Assembly: GCA_964648885.1 (NCBI GenBank)
Contig: CAZYMK010000003.1
Coordinates: forward strand, 1 to 37,121
Length of the DNA: 37,121 nucleotides
Source of the DNA: an uncultured Geobacter sp.
Lineage (GTDB): Bacteria; Desulfobacterota; Desulfuromonadia; Geobacterales; Pseudopelobacteraceae
Direction of reading: 5' to 3'
Shown here piece after piece: positions 9,087 through 17,729 of this stretch (positions are counted from its first letter, which is position 1; every line of letters starts with the position of its first letter). The position numbers were made by a program, and so were the translations under genes. Below the pieces are notes generated by a model, which saw only the letters and a list, made by a program, of their open reading frames with translations, was not told where the DNA came from and did not search any database.

Positions 9087-10478
9087 ATGAAGATCAGAAG
9101 AATACTGCTTTATAGCTTGATGGCACTGCTCGGACTCTGTTTTACGGCTCCTCGGGATGCCGCTGCCAAGCCGGTCAACCCTGATTTTGTCGAGCTGGCC
9201 AAACGGCTGAAGCCAACGGTTGTCAACATCAGAACCGTCAAACATGTCAAGACCGGTGGCCGTCAGGTTCATCCGTTCATGGGCACTGATCCATTCGGTG
9301 ATCTGTTCAACCGTTTCTTCGGGCAACAGATGCCGCAACAACCCCGTAAACAGCAGGGGATGGGTTCCGGCTTCATCACCAGTGCCGACGGCTTTATCCT
9401 GACCAACAACCATGTCGTCCAGGGGGCTGACGAGATCATGGTCAAGATGGCCGACGGCCGTGAGATCAAGGCCGAACTGAAAGGTGCCGACGACAAGCTG
9501 GATGTGGCCCTGCTCAAGATCAGCGACAAGGCTCCTCTTCCTTTTGCCGAGCTGGGTGACAGCGACAGCCTGGAAGTGGGTGAATGGGTTATGGCCATCG
9601 GTAATCCGTTCGGTCTGGCCCACACCGTTACCGCCGGGATTGTCAGCGCCAAGGGGCGGGTGATCGGCAGCGGCCCCTACGATGACTATATCCAGACCGA
9701 TGCCTCCATCAACCCCGGCAACTCCGGCGGCCCGCTGTTCAGCAGTAGCGGCAAGGTCATCGGCATCAACACCGCCATCATTGCCAACGGCCAGGGGATC
9801 GGTTTTGCCATTCCGGTCAACATGGCCAAATCCGTAGCCGAGCAGCTCAAGACCAGCGGCAAGGTGATACGGGGCTATATCGGGGTCAACTTTGACAAAC
9901 TGAACCCCAAACTGGCAAAGTCACTGGGCCTTGCCTCTGACAAAGGGGTGATCGTCACCAATGTGCAGAAAGATTCACCGGCCGACAAGGCCGGACTCAA
10001 GGTTGAGGATGTGATCGTCCAGTTTGACGGCAAGCCGGTCAACACTGATACTGATCTGCCTAAAGTGGTGGCGGCCGCACCGATCGGCAAACAGGTCAAG
10101 ATGGTGGTCTTCCGCAAGGCCAAGCGCCTTGAGCTCTCGATTGTGGTTGGTCAGCAGGGTGCCACGGGCGGCACCGCAGCACAACCTGCCACCGCCAGTA
10201 TCGGTATCAGTATCCAGGAATTGACCCCTGAGCTGGCTCGCCAGTTGGGCCTGAAAGATGCCAGAGGGGTGGTGGTTTCCGAGGTCAAGCCCGGTTCATC
10301 GGCCGATGAGGCCGGTATGGTTCGGGGCGACCTCATCCTTGAACTCAACGGTCAGCAGGTTGACAGCCTGCAAAGTTTTGCCACGTTAGCGGCCAAGGTT
10401 ACCAAAGGTGAGGTGGTGCGCCTGCTGCTGCGTCGCCCTGATGGCAGCTTCGGGTATGTTGCGGTAACGGCAGAGTAG
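9087..10478 (+). CDS. DegP/DegQ (Do) family serine protease with two PDZ domains
   Basis: Signal peptide, TNNHVV, DVALLK and QTDASINPGNSGGPL triad motifs, two PDZ domains. Start 9087 (GGAGG RBS) or 9072. Confidence 0.95.
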   Translation: MKIRRILLYSLMALLGLCFTAPRDAAAKPVNPDFVELAKRLKPTVVNIRTVKHVKTGGRQVHPFMGTDPFGDLFNRFFGQQMPQQPRKQQGMGSGFITSADGFILTNNHVVQGADEIMVKMADGREIKAELKGADDKLDVALLKISDKAPLPFAELGDSDSLEVGEWVMAIGNPFGLAHTVTAGIVSAKGRVIGSGPYDDYIQTDASINPGNSGGPLFSSSGKVIGINTAIIANGQGIGFAIPVNMAKSVAEQLKTSGKVIRGYIGVNFDKLNPKLAKSLGLASDKGVIVTNVQKDSPADKAGLKVEDVIVQFDGKPVNTDTDLPKVVAAAPIGKQVKMVVFRKAKRLELSIVVGQQGATGGTAAQPATASIGISIQELTPELARQLGLKDARGVVVSEVKPGSSADEAGMVRGDLILELNGQQVDSLQSFATLAAKVTKGEVVRLLLRRPDGSFGYVAVTAE

Positions 10479-10506
10479 CCTGCCGGTTTTGATACTGTCT
10501 GGTGAA

Positions 10507-10537
10507 GGGGGTAACGGGTGACATTGCCCCCTTTTTT
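10507..10537 (+). terminator. Intrinsic terminator after the protease gene
   Basis: GGGGGTAA-N9-TTGCCCCC followed by T6. Confidence 0.75.
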
Positions 10538-10558
10538 AAATCTAGAAAAAGCATTTAA

Positions 10559-10695
10559 AACACAGAGGCACAGAGATCACAGAGTAAAATTGAATGGTTA
10601 TGATGCATGCTGTCGGCTTATGGATTAACCCGAAAGGTGTACTTTATTTTTGTTTTAAGCCTTTGATTTCTCTGTGTACTCTGTGTCTCTGTGTT
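10559..10695. repeat. Palindromic element with 3x CACAGAG / 3x CTCTGTG arms
   Basis: AA-CACAGAG-G-CACAGAG-AT-CACAGAG at 10559-10584 and CTCTGTG-TA-CTCTGTG-T-CTCTGTG-TT at 10670-10695, around an AT-rich core. Confidence 0.88.
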
Positions 10696-10779
10696 ATTTA
10701 ACTGCCGTTTCAAGGTTTAACCACTGCCGAATGCCACTTATCGCTTTGATTGAACGCTAATTGCAGTATAATGTCCGCC

Positions 10780-12159
10780 ATGAGTAAATCCCCCCGCCAT
10801 AGCCCTGTTACGGCACCAGCAACCACCGACGCAATCCTTGAAAGCATCTCCGACGGCGTCTTTACCGTTGATCCCGAGTGGAGAATCACCTCTTTTAACC
10901 GCGCTGCTGAAGAGATTACCGGCATCTCACGCCGGGATGCCCTCGGGCGTTTTTGCTCGGAAGTCTTCCGTTCCAATATGTGCGAGACCGATTGCGCCCT
11001 GCGCAAAACCCTGAAAAACGGCAAACCGGTCATCGGGCGTTCCGGCTATATCATCGATGACGAGGGGAACCGGATCCCGATCAGCCTCTCGACTGCGGTA
11101 TTGAAGGACAGCAGTGGCAAGGTGGTGGGCGGAGCCGAGACCTTTCGAGATCTGAGTGAGGTAGAGACCTTGCGCCACGAGCTTGAGGGGCGCTTCCACA
11201 TGGGGGATATTGTCAGCCGCAGCCCCCTGATGCAGCGTCTGTTTGAGGTGATCCCAGCCATTGCGGTCAGCCCCAGCACGGTGTTGCTGAACGGTGAAAC
11301 CGGCACCGGCAAGGAGTTGATGGCACGAACCATCCACGGTTTGAGCAAACGCAGCAACGGACCTTTTGTGGCGCTTAATTGTGGCGCCCTGCCGGACACC
11401 CTGCTGGAATCCGAGCTGTTCGGCTACAAGGCCGGCGCCTTTACCGGAGCAACCAAAGACAAACCGGGCCGGTTTGCCCTGGCACAGGGGGGCACTCTGT
11501 TTCTGGATGAGATCGGTGAAGTGAGTCCGGCATTGCAGGTCCGCCTACTGAGGGTCTTGCAGGAGCACAGCTATGAGCCGCTGGGGGGCACGGCTTCCGT
11601 GTCGACCGATGCGCGGATCATTGTTGCCACCAACCGTGATCTGGCTGAACTGACCCGTAACGGCACCTTTCGTGAAGACCTGTACTACCGGGTGAATGTC
11701 GTACGGATTGAGCTGCCGCCGCTGCGACGACGCAAAGAGGATCTCCCGTTGCTGGTTGAGCAGTTTATTGTCAAGTTTAACCGCCTGCACCATGCCACGG
11801 TGCGTGGTATTGCCCCTGAGGCACTTTCACTGCTGATGGCTCACGACTGGCCCGGTAATGTGCGTGAACTGGAAAATGTGATTGAACGGGCCTTTGTACT
11901 CTGCCCTGACGGCACCATCGAAATCAGGCATCTGCCTGATGAACTGACCCTCCACGGCAGCCGCTCTGCCGGACCGGTTACGTTACAGGATGCGCGTTTG
12001 CAGATGGAGGCCCAGGCGATTCAGGCTGCTTTGGAGCGCACCGGCTTCAACCGCCTGGAAGCAGCCAGGGTGTTAGGCATGCATAAAGCCACACTGTTTC
12101 GCAAGATCAGGCAGCTTGGCATATCCCTGCCGGAAAGAGATGGGCGTACCAAGGCATAG
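10780..12159 (+). CDS. PAS-domain sigma54 enhancer-binding protein, OrpR-like
   Basis: PAS with C-x8-C-x3-C (CSEVFRSNMCETDC), GETGTGKE, ESELFG..GAFTGA, FLDEIGE, WPGNVREL, Fis HTH. Adjacent to the orp-like operon. Start 10771 or 10780. Confidence 0.9.
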   Translation: MSKSPRHSPVTAPATTDAILESISDGVFTVDPEWRITSFNRAAEEITGISRRDALGRFCSEVFRSNMCETDCALRKTLKNGKPVIGRSGYIIDDEGNRIPISLSTAVLKDSSGKVVGGAETFRDLSEVETLRHELEGRFHMGDIVSRSPLMQRLFEVIPAIAVSPSTVLLNGETGTGKELMARTIHGLSKRSNGPFVALNCGALPDTLLESELFGYKAGAFTGATKDKPGRFALAQGGTLFLDEIGEVSPALQVRLLRVLQEHSYEPLGGTASVSTDARIIVATNRDLAELTRNGTFREDLYYRVNVVRIELPPLRRRKEDLPLLVEQFIVKFNRLHHATVRGIAPEALSLLMAHDWPGNVRELENVIERAFVLCPDGTIEIRHLPDELTLHGSRSAGPVTLQDARLQMEAQAIQAALERTGFNRLEAARVLGMHKATLFRKIRQLGISLPERDGRTKA

Positions 12160-12160
12160 A

Positions 12161-12208
12161 GTCTCTTTTTTGCAATTAAACCCTTCTTTATAGTCGCTGT
12201 TTCGCTAC
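12161..12208 (+). promoter_or_regulatory. Candidate tandem enhancer sites for the OrpR-like activator
   Basis: GTCTC-N6-GCAAT (12161-76) and GTCGC-N6-GCTAC (12193-208), 32 bp apart, upstream of the -24/-12 promoter. Confidence 0.4.
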
Positions 12209-12281
12209 CCATCATCCCTTCAGCCCCTTCCTTCAACAAATAATTCATCCTGACATCAGCCTGTTACACCAGTAACTCACC

Positions 12282-12298
12282 TTGGCACGTTCACTGCA
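12282..12298 (+). promoter_or_regulatory. sigma54 -24/-12 promoter 1
   Basis: TTGGCACGTTCACTGCA, GG-N10-GC spacing, between an enhancer-binding protein gene and the operon. Confidence 0.82.
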
Positions 12299-12345
12299 GT
12301 CTCCAGAAATCAGATCGCGCACCACCTGCCTGGAGCATCAGCATC

Positions 12346-12759
12346 ATGAGAACTGCCTTTTCTCTCTGGAATGAACGAATAGCACCGGTGTTTGACGTTG
12401 CCAGACACCTCTGGATTGTTGATGCAGCAGAAGGGTGCATCATCAGCCAGACAGGCCGCCGTTTTTCCAGTGATGACCCGCAGGAACGGGCTTTGCGACT
12501 CACCACCCTGCAGGTTGAACAACTGGTCTGCGGTGCGATCTCACGCAGTGCGCATGATGCCTTGGCCGAGCGGGGAATTCGGGTGGTTTCCTTTATTGCC
12601 GGAGACCTGGAGCACGTTATACATGCCTGCCTGTCAGACCAGCTTTCAAACGGATTGCTGAACATGCCAGGCTATCATCGGGGAAAGCGTCACCGTGCAC
12701 GGCACTTTCCTCACAGGGCTGCATACACCATGAAGTCAGAACAGACACAGGAGTCATAA
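12346..12759 (+). CDS. NifB/NifX-family (IssA/ORP-like) cofactor-binding protein
   Basis: RIAPVFDVA and LVCGAIS motifs, C-terminal MPG. Confidence 0.82.
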   Translation: MRTAFSLWNERIAPVFDVARHLWIVDAAEGCIISQTGRRFSSDDPQERALRLTTLQVEQLVCGAISRSAHDALAERGIRVVSFIAGDLEHVIHACLSDQLSNGLLNMPGYHRGKRHRARHFPHRAAYTMKSEQTQES

Positions 12760-12761
12760 TC

Positions 12762-12992
12762 ATGCCAAACAGAAATGGACAAGGACCCAAGGGATCCGGC
12801 TCAGGTAGCGGACGTGGACGCGGTTTGTGCAACAGAACCAATCAAGCGGGGGTACTGCAGCATGAAACCCCTCAGGAGCAGCTCACGCCGGAACAGCAAC
12901 GCCTTGGCACCGGCTGCAGGGGGCCACGGGGATGCGGCACCGGCAAGGAACGTCGCGGTAACAGCATCAACAGTGGGCGTGATCAGCGCTAG
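12762..12992 (+). CDS. Small Gly/Arg-rich protein, DUF5320-like
   Basis: N-terminal MPNRNGQGPKGSGSGSGRGRGLC resembles the MPxxDGTGPxGxG..GRGxGxC motif seen in orp clusters; AGGAG RBS. Confidence 0.65.
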   Translation: MPNRNGQGPKGSGSGSGRGRGLCNRTNQAGVLQHETPQEQLTPEQQRLGTGCRGPRGCGTGKERRGNSINSGRDQR

Positions 12993-13004
12993 TCAGGAGG
13001 AGTC

Positions 13005-13367
13005 GTGGCGACTATCGCATTTACTACAGCCGGACAGGATCTGACTGCTGAACTTGACCCTCGTTTCGGCCGGGCAGCCAATTTCCTGATCTACGATACC
13101 GATCAGAAGTCAACCCGGATCATTGAAAATCATCAGGGGCGCAGTGCATCCCAGGGGGCCGGCATACAGGCCGCTGAAACGCTGGTGCGGGCCGGTGTTG
13201 ATACACTGGTGACGGGACATTGCGGCCCCAAGGCCTTTAAGGTGCTGGATGTGGCAGGCGTAAAAGTGTTCAACTGCAGTGCAGCAACGGTTGATCAGGC
13301 ACTGAACGAGCTGCTGGCAGGCAGGCTGACTGCAGCAGAAAATTCTGATGTAGAGGGGCATTGGTAA
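13005..13367 (+). CDS. NifB/NifX-family protein, Orange protein (ORP)-like
   Basis: LDPRFGRA, GAGIQAA, TGHCGPKAF, C-terminal DVEGHW; GTG start with GGAGGAG RBS. Confidence 0.88.
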   Translation: MATIAFTTAGQDLTAELDPRFGRAANFLIYDTDQKSTRIIENHQGRSASQGAGIQAAETLVRAGVDTLVTGHCGPKAFKVLDVAGVKVFNCSAATVDQALNELLAGRLTAAENSDVEGHW

Positions 13368-14245
13368 TGGCGGCATCCGGCAAAAGATCGTACAGAATTG
13401 CAGTTGCCTCCGGCAAGGGGGGAACCGGCAAGACCACCGTAGCCCTCAACCTGGCAGCCATGTTTGGAGAACCGGTTCAGCTGGCTGACTGCGATGTTGA
13501 AGAGCCTAACGTCAACCTGTTCCTGCGGTGTGACCAGCTGGTGCCGTCAGAGGTTGCCATGCTGGTGCCCCAGGTTGACCAGCAGCGCTGTAACGGCTGC
13601 GGTGCCTGTGGTGAACTGTGTCAGTTTCGCGGGATTGTTGCCGTCGGGAGCAGGGCATTGGTCTTTCCGGAGCTGTGTCACGGCTGCGGCGGCTGTGCCC
13701 TGGTTTGCCCGACCGGCGCCATAACTGAACGCCCTCACCGGATCGGTACGGTTTCAACAGGTCAGTCAGGGACCATCAGACTGATTGAGGGCAGACTTGA
13801 GGTGGGAGTCTCACTGGTTCCGCCGGTGATCAGAGCGGTACGGGAACAGCTGCTGGATGATCTTCCTGCCATTCTTGATGCGCCGCCCGGCACCTCCTGT
13901 CCGGTGGTGGCTACCCTGCGAGAGTGCGATTACCTGCTGCTGGTGACGGATCCGACCCCCTTTGGGCTGCATGATCTCAAGCTGGCTGTGGCCCTTGCTC
14001 GCGAGCTGAACCTGGCCTGCGGTGTGGTGGTGAATCGCGCCGGCGAAGACCTGGTCGGCCTGCATAGCTACTGCCGTTCAGAAAATCTTCCCATACTGCT
14101 TTCGTTGCCGGATGACCGTCAGATAGCAGAGGTCGTCTCACGGGGCGATCTGGTGGCCAGGACGTTCCCGGAGTACGGTCTGATGTTTGCCGAACTGGCC
14201 AGCCGATTGAAACAGGAACTGTATGCTGCAGGAGGTACACCATGA
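13367..14245 (+). CDS. MinD-like P-loop ATPase with inserted 2x[4Fe-4S] ferredoxin domain (copy 1)
   Basis: SGKGGTGKTT, DCDVEEPN, CNGCGACGELC, CHGCGGCALVCP, DAPPGTSCP; TAATG overlap with the upstream gene. Confidence 0.92.
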   Translation: MAASGKRSYRIAVASGKGGTGKTTVALNLAAMFGEPVQLADCDVEEPNVNLFLRCDQLVPSEVAMLVPQVDQQRCNGCGACGELCQFRGIVAVGSRALVFPELCHGCGGCALVCPTGAITERPHRIGTVSTGQSGTIRLIEGRLEVGVSLVPPVIRAVREQLLDDLPAILDAPPGTSCPVVATLRECDYLLLVTDPTPFGLHDLKLAVALARELNLACGVVVNRAGEDLVGLHSYCRSENLPILLSLPDDRQIAEVVSRGDLVARTFPEYGLMFAELASRLKQELYAAGGTP

Positions 14246-15120
14246 GCAAGGAACATATCCGCGAACTGGTGGTACTGTCCGGCAAAGGGGGTACCGGCAA
14301 GACCAGCATTACTGCTGCGTTTGCACTGTTAGCCGGCAGGGCGGTACTGGCTGATTGTGATGTTGATGCTGCCGACCTGCATCTGCTGCTGACACCCATG
14401 GTAGAGCAGCGCCACGCCTTTATGAGCGGCAATGAAGCGGTCATACGCCAGCAGGATTGCACCGCTTGCGGTGTGTGTATGGACAGCTGCCGCTTTGATG
14501 CAATCCGCCGGGATGGCCCTGTCTACCGGATTGATCCGGTTGCCTGTGAAGGATGCGGTGTCTGCTGCCGGATCTGTCCTTCTCAGGCGATTGATTTTCC
14601 GGAACGGGTCTGCGGCGAGTGGATGGTTTCAAGCACCCGTTGTGGTCCGATGGTACATGCCAAGCTGGGCGTGGCAGCAGAAAACTCAGGCAAGCTGGTG
14701 ACCACGGTGCGTGAACAGGCCTGGACCGTGGCAGTGGATAAACGAATGCAGCTGATCATCTCCGATGGCCCACCCGGCATCGGCTGTCCGGTGATCGCCT
14801 CCCTAAGCGGTGTTTCACTGGCAGTGGTGATTACCGAACCAACCGTATCAGGCCTGCATGATCTGCAGCGGCTGCTGGCGCTGGCCCGTCACTTTTCCGT
14901 TCCTACTGCTGTCTGCGTCAACAAGTGGGATATCAACCCGCACCAAACCGAACGAATTGAGGCTGCAGCACGGTCTGCAGGCGCAGAGGTACTGGGCCGC
15001 ATCCGCTATGACCGTTCGGTAACCCAGGCACAGCTGCAGCAAAAAGCGGTGGTGGAGCTTGATTCGGTAGCCGGCGATGATATACGCGTTATCTGGAAAC
15101 AGGTAACGGAGTTGCTTTAG
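14242..15120 (+). CDS. MinD-like P-loop ATPase with inserted 2x[4Fe-4S] ferredoxin domain (copy 2)
   Basis: SGKGGTGKTS, DCDVDAADL, CTACGVCMDSC, CEGCGVCCRICP, ENSGKLV, DGPPGIGCP. Confidence 0.92.
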   Translation: MSKEHIRELVVLSGKGGTGKTSITAAFALLAGRAVLADCDVDAADLHLLLTPMVEQRHAFMSGNEAVIRQQDCTACGVCMDSCRFDAIRRDGPVYRIDPVACEGCGVCCRICPSQAIDFPERVCGEWMVSSTRCGPMVHAKLGVAAENSGKLVTTVREQAWTVAVDKRMQLIISDGPPGIGCPVIASLSGVSLAVVITEPTVSGLHDLQRLLALARHFSVPTAVCVNKWDINPHQTERIEAAARSAGAEVLGRIRYDRSVTQAQLQQKAVVELDSVAGDDIRVIWKQVTELL

Positions 15121-15169
15121 GGACTTACGACTTGAGCCTTGCTAGAAACTGATTAAAAGCCATGACAAT

Positions 15170-15268
15170 AGCACACGGATGACGCGGATTAAGCGGATAT
15201 ACACAGATTTTAAACCGTAATTTTTAAATCGGCGTAAATCCGCCAAAATCAGATTTGATCCGCGTGCT
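15170..15268. repeat. Palindromic element with 4x CRCGGAT-like units per arm
   Basis: Left arm CACGGAT, CGCGGAT, AGCGGAT, CACAGAT at 9-10 bp period. Right arm ATCGGCG, ATCCGCC, ATCAGAT, ATCCGCG at 10 bp period. Ends AGCACACGGAT / ATCCGCGTGCT. Confidence 0.8.
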
Positions 15269-15341
15269 CATGTTTTAACTTGTCTTTGTTTAGTTTCAGT
15301 TTTGTTAGCTTGGACTTTAGCATTCTTCAGGAGGCATCAGC

Positions 15342-16265
15342 ATGGACGCAGCACAACCGGAAACCCAGCAGGAGCAATCCTGCCCACCTTCAGCATGTGA
15401 ATCATGTTCATCCAGCAGCTGCTCGGCAACCAGTAAAAAACTGAGCGAAACCGAGCAGGAGTTTGAAGACCGGCGCCGTCTGGCCTCACGCCTCTGCAGG
15501 ATCAAGCACAAGATCATCGTGCTGTCAGGCAAGGGCGGCGTTGGTAAAAGTACAGTGGCAGTCAACCTGGCCATGGGGTTGCATCTGGCAGGCAAGAAGG
15601 TCGGCTTGCTGGATGTGGATATCCATGGCCCCAGCGTCCCCACCATGCTTGGACTGGAGCAGAGCCAGGTCATGGAAGGCAATGGCGAGCTGGTGCCGGT
15701 TGACCTGAACGGCATGAAGGTCATCTCGCTGGGCTTTTTTCTGAAAGACAGAGATGAGGCGGTGATCTGGCGTGGTCCGATGAAAACCGGGGTCATCACC
15801 CAGTTTATCCGTGATGTTGCCTGGGGTGATCTGGATTACCTGATTGTTGATTCTCCTCCCGGTACCGGCGATGAACCGCTTTCGGTCTGCCAGACCCTGG
15901 AAGGGGCAGATGGCGCGGTAATCGTCACCACGCCACAGAAGGTTGCTGCGGTGGATGTGCGCAAGTCCATCTCCTTCTGTCGTCAGATTAATCTGCCGGT
16001 ACTGGGGGTGATCGAGAACATGAACGGCTTTGTCTGCCCTAAATGCGGGGAGCTGACTGCGGTCTTTCAGTCCGGTGGCGGCAAGCTGATGGCCGATGAT
16101 ATGGGGGTACCGTTCATCGGATCAGTACCGATTGATCCCAAGATTGCTGAAGCAGGCGACAGTGGAGTAGCATTTCTGCAACGGTATGCCGACTCCACCA
16201 CTGCAGCGCTGTTTCAATCCCTGCTGGTACCGATTACGGATCGGGTTGAAGCAGCCCGAACATAA
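15342..16265 (+). CDS. mrp: Mrp/ApbC/NBP35-family Fe-S cluster carrier ATPase
   Basis: SGKGGVGKST, DVDIHGPS, IWRGP, DSPPGTGDE, ENM...CPKC; extra N-terminal four-Cys segment. Confidence 0.93.
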   Translation: MDAAQPETQQEQSCPPSACESCSSSSCSATSKKLSETEQEFEDRRRLASRLCRIKHKIIVLSGKGGVGKSTVAVNLAMGLHLAGKKVGLLDVDIHGPSVPTMLGLEQSQVMEGNGELVPVDLNGMKVISLGFFLKDRDEAVIWRGPMKTGVITQFIRDVAWGDLDYLIVDSPPGTGDEPLSVCQTLEGADGAVIVTTPQKVAAVDVRKSISFCRQINLPVLGVIENMNGFVCPKCGELTAVFQSGGGKLMADDMGVPFIGSVPIDPKIAEAGDSGVAFLQRYADSTTAALFQSLLVPITDRVEAART

Positions 16266-16310
16266 GCGCACCACTGTTCCTGATGAACGACAACGCACCA
16301 AGGGGTTGCC

Positions 16311-17729
16311 ATGGAGAACGAAAAGAAACTGCTGGTCATTGATGACGAACCTGCCATTCGTGAGGGCGTCCGCAGAATTCTGGAGTCAGAATCATTTCAG
16401 GTAGAGACCTTTGCCAGCGGACACGCTGCCCTGGAGCGGATCAAGCAAGAGCCGTTCGACCTGGTGATTACCGACCTGAAGATGCCGGGAATCAGCGGCA
16501 TGGAGGTCTTGAAGGCGATCAAGGAGATCCAGCCTGATCTGCCGGTGATCTTTATTACCGGCTATTCATCAGTGGACAGTGCCGTCGAGGTGATGAAGCT
16601 GGGGGCCGTGGATTACATCGCCAAGCCGTTTACCCCTGAAGAGATGCTGCAGACCGTCAAGACAGCGCTGGAACAACGGGTTGTGGCACTTGAAGACCTG
16701 TATCTGCTGAAAGAGCTGCGAGATGGCGAAGGCTTTGACCGTTTTGTGGGGAAAAGCCAGGAAATGGTCAAGGTCTATCGCCGGATCATGCAGGTTGCCC
16801 CCACCGACAGCACCGTCCTGATTACCGGCGAATCCGGCACCGGCAAAGAGTTGGTGGCCCGTGCCATCCACAAGCACAGTCCCCGCCGCGACAATCCGTT
16901 TGTTGCGGTAGATTGCACCTCACTGGTGGAGAGCCTGCTGGAGTCGGAACTGTTCGGCCACGTCAAAGGCTCCTTTACCGGTGCAATCCATACCAAAACC
17001 GGCCTGTTCAAGGTGGCGGAGGGAGGTACCCTGTTTCTTGACGAGGTATCCAACCTGAGTCTGACTACCCAGGCCAAGCTACTGCGGGTCTTGCAGGAAC
17101 GCCAGGTAACGCCGATCGGCGGCACCCAGCCGACACCGATCAATATCCGGCTGGTGGCTGCATCCAACCGCAACCTGCGGGATATGGTCACAGAAGGAAC
17201 CTTCCGTGAGGATCTGTTTTTCCGCCTCAACATTATTCCGCTCGAACTACCCCCGCTACGCGACCGAACTGGCGATATTCCTCTTTTGGTTGGAAATGCC
17301 GTCAGACGTTGTGCCGATGAGCTGAGCAAGGATATCAAGGGGGTTACTGCCGGCGCCATGCAGGTCCTGCAAAGCTACAGTTTTCCGGGCAATGTCAGAG
17401 AGCTGGAAAACATCATCGAACGTGCCGTGGTCCTTGCCGAGGACAGCCTGATTACCCCCGATGATCTTGAGCTCAGCATCGGTTCAAACGAACTGGTGGC
17501 ACTGGATTACACCGTTATACCGCTGAACGCCGAGGAGCTGAAGGAAGCAAAGCGTCATCTGCGCGAACAGGCGGTAGAGGACATTGAAAAGGCCTTTGTG
17601 ATAAACGCATTGCAGCGGAATCGCGGCAACATAACCAGGGCTGCAGAAGAAACCGGTATGTTGCGGCCAAACTTCCAGGCCATGATGAAAAAACTCGGCA
17701 TTTCGGCCCGGGAATATGTTGAGTCCTGA
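16311..17729 (+). CDS. NtrC-family sigma54 response regulator (REC-AAA-Fis)
   Basis: IDDE/DLKMP/KPF receiver, GESGTGKE, ESELFGH.KGSFTGA, FPGNVREL, HTH. Confidence 0.95.
   Translation: MENEKKLLVIDDEPAIREGVRRILESESFQVETFASGHAALERIKQEPFDLVITDLKMPGISGMEVLKAIKEIQPDLPVIFITGYSSVDSAVEVMKLGAVDYIAKPFTPEEMLQTVKTALEQRVVALEDLYLLKELRDGEGFDRFVGKSQEMVKVYRRIMQVAPTDSTVLITGESGTGKELVARAIHKHSPRRDNPFVAVDCTSLVESLLESELFGHVKGSFTGAIHTKTGLFKVAEGGTLFLDEVSNLSLTTQAKLLRVLQERQVTPIGGTQPTPINIRLVAASNRNLRDMVTEGTFREDLFFRLNIIPLELPPLRDRTGDIPLLVGNAVRRCADELSKDIKGVTAGAMQVLQSYSFPGNVRELENIIERAVVLAEDSLITPDDLELSIGSNELVALDYTVIPLNAEELKEAKRHLREQAVEDIEKAFVINALQRNRGNITRAAEETGMLRPNFQAMMKKLGISAREYVES

Noticed and set aside
8811-9623. 270-aa minus-strand ORF
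   Set aside because: Antisense to the response regulator and the protease gene.
10559-10695. CRISPR array or c-di-GMP/cGAMP (GEMM-I) riboswitch, given CCCGAAAGG in the core
   Set aside because: The repeats are 7 bp and inverted, with no spacers and no cas genes in the window; the GCAAA/second-hairpin GEMM features are absent.
12346-13367. Nitrogen fixation genes, suggested by the NifB/NifX domains
   Set aside because: No nifHDK or nifEN in the window; the context matches orp clusters.
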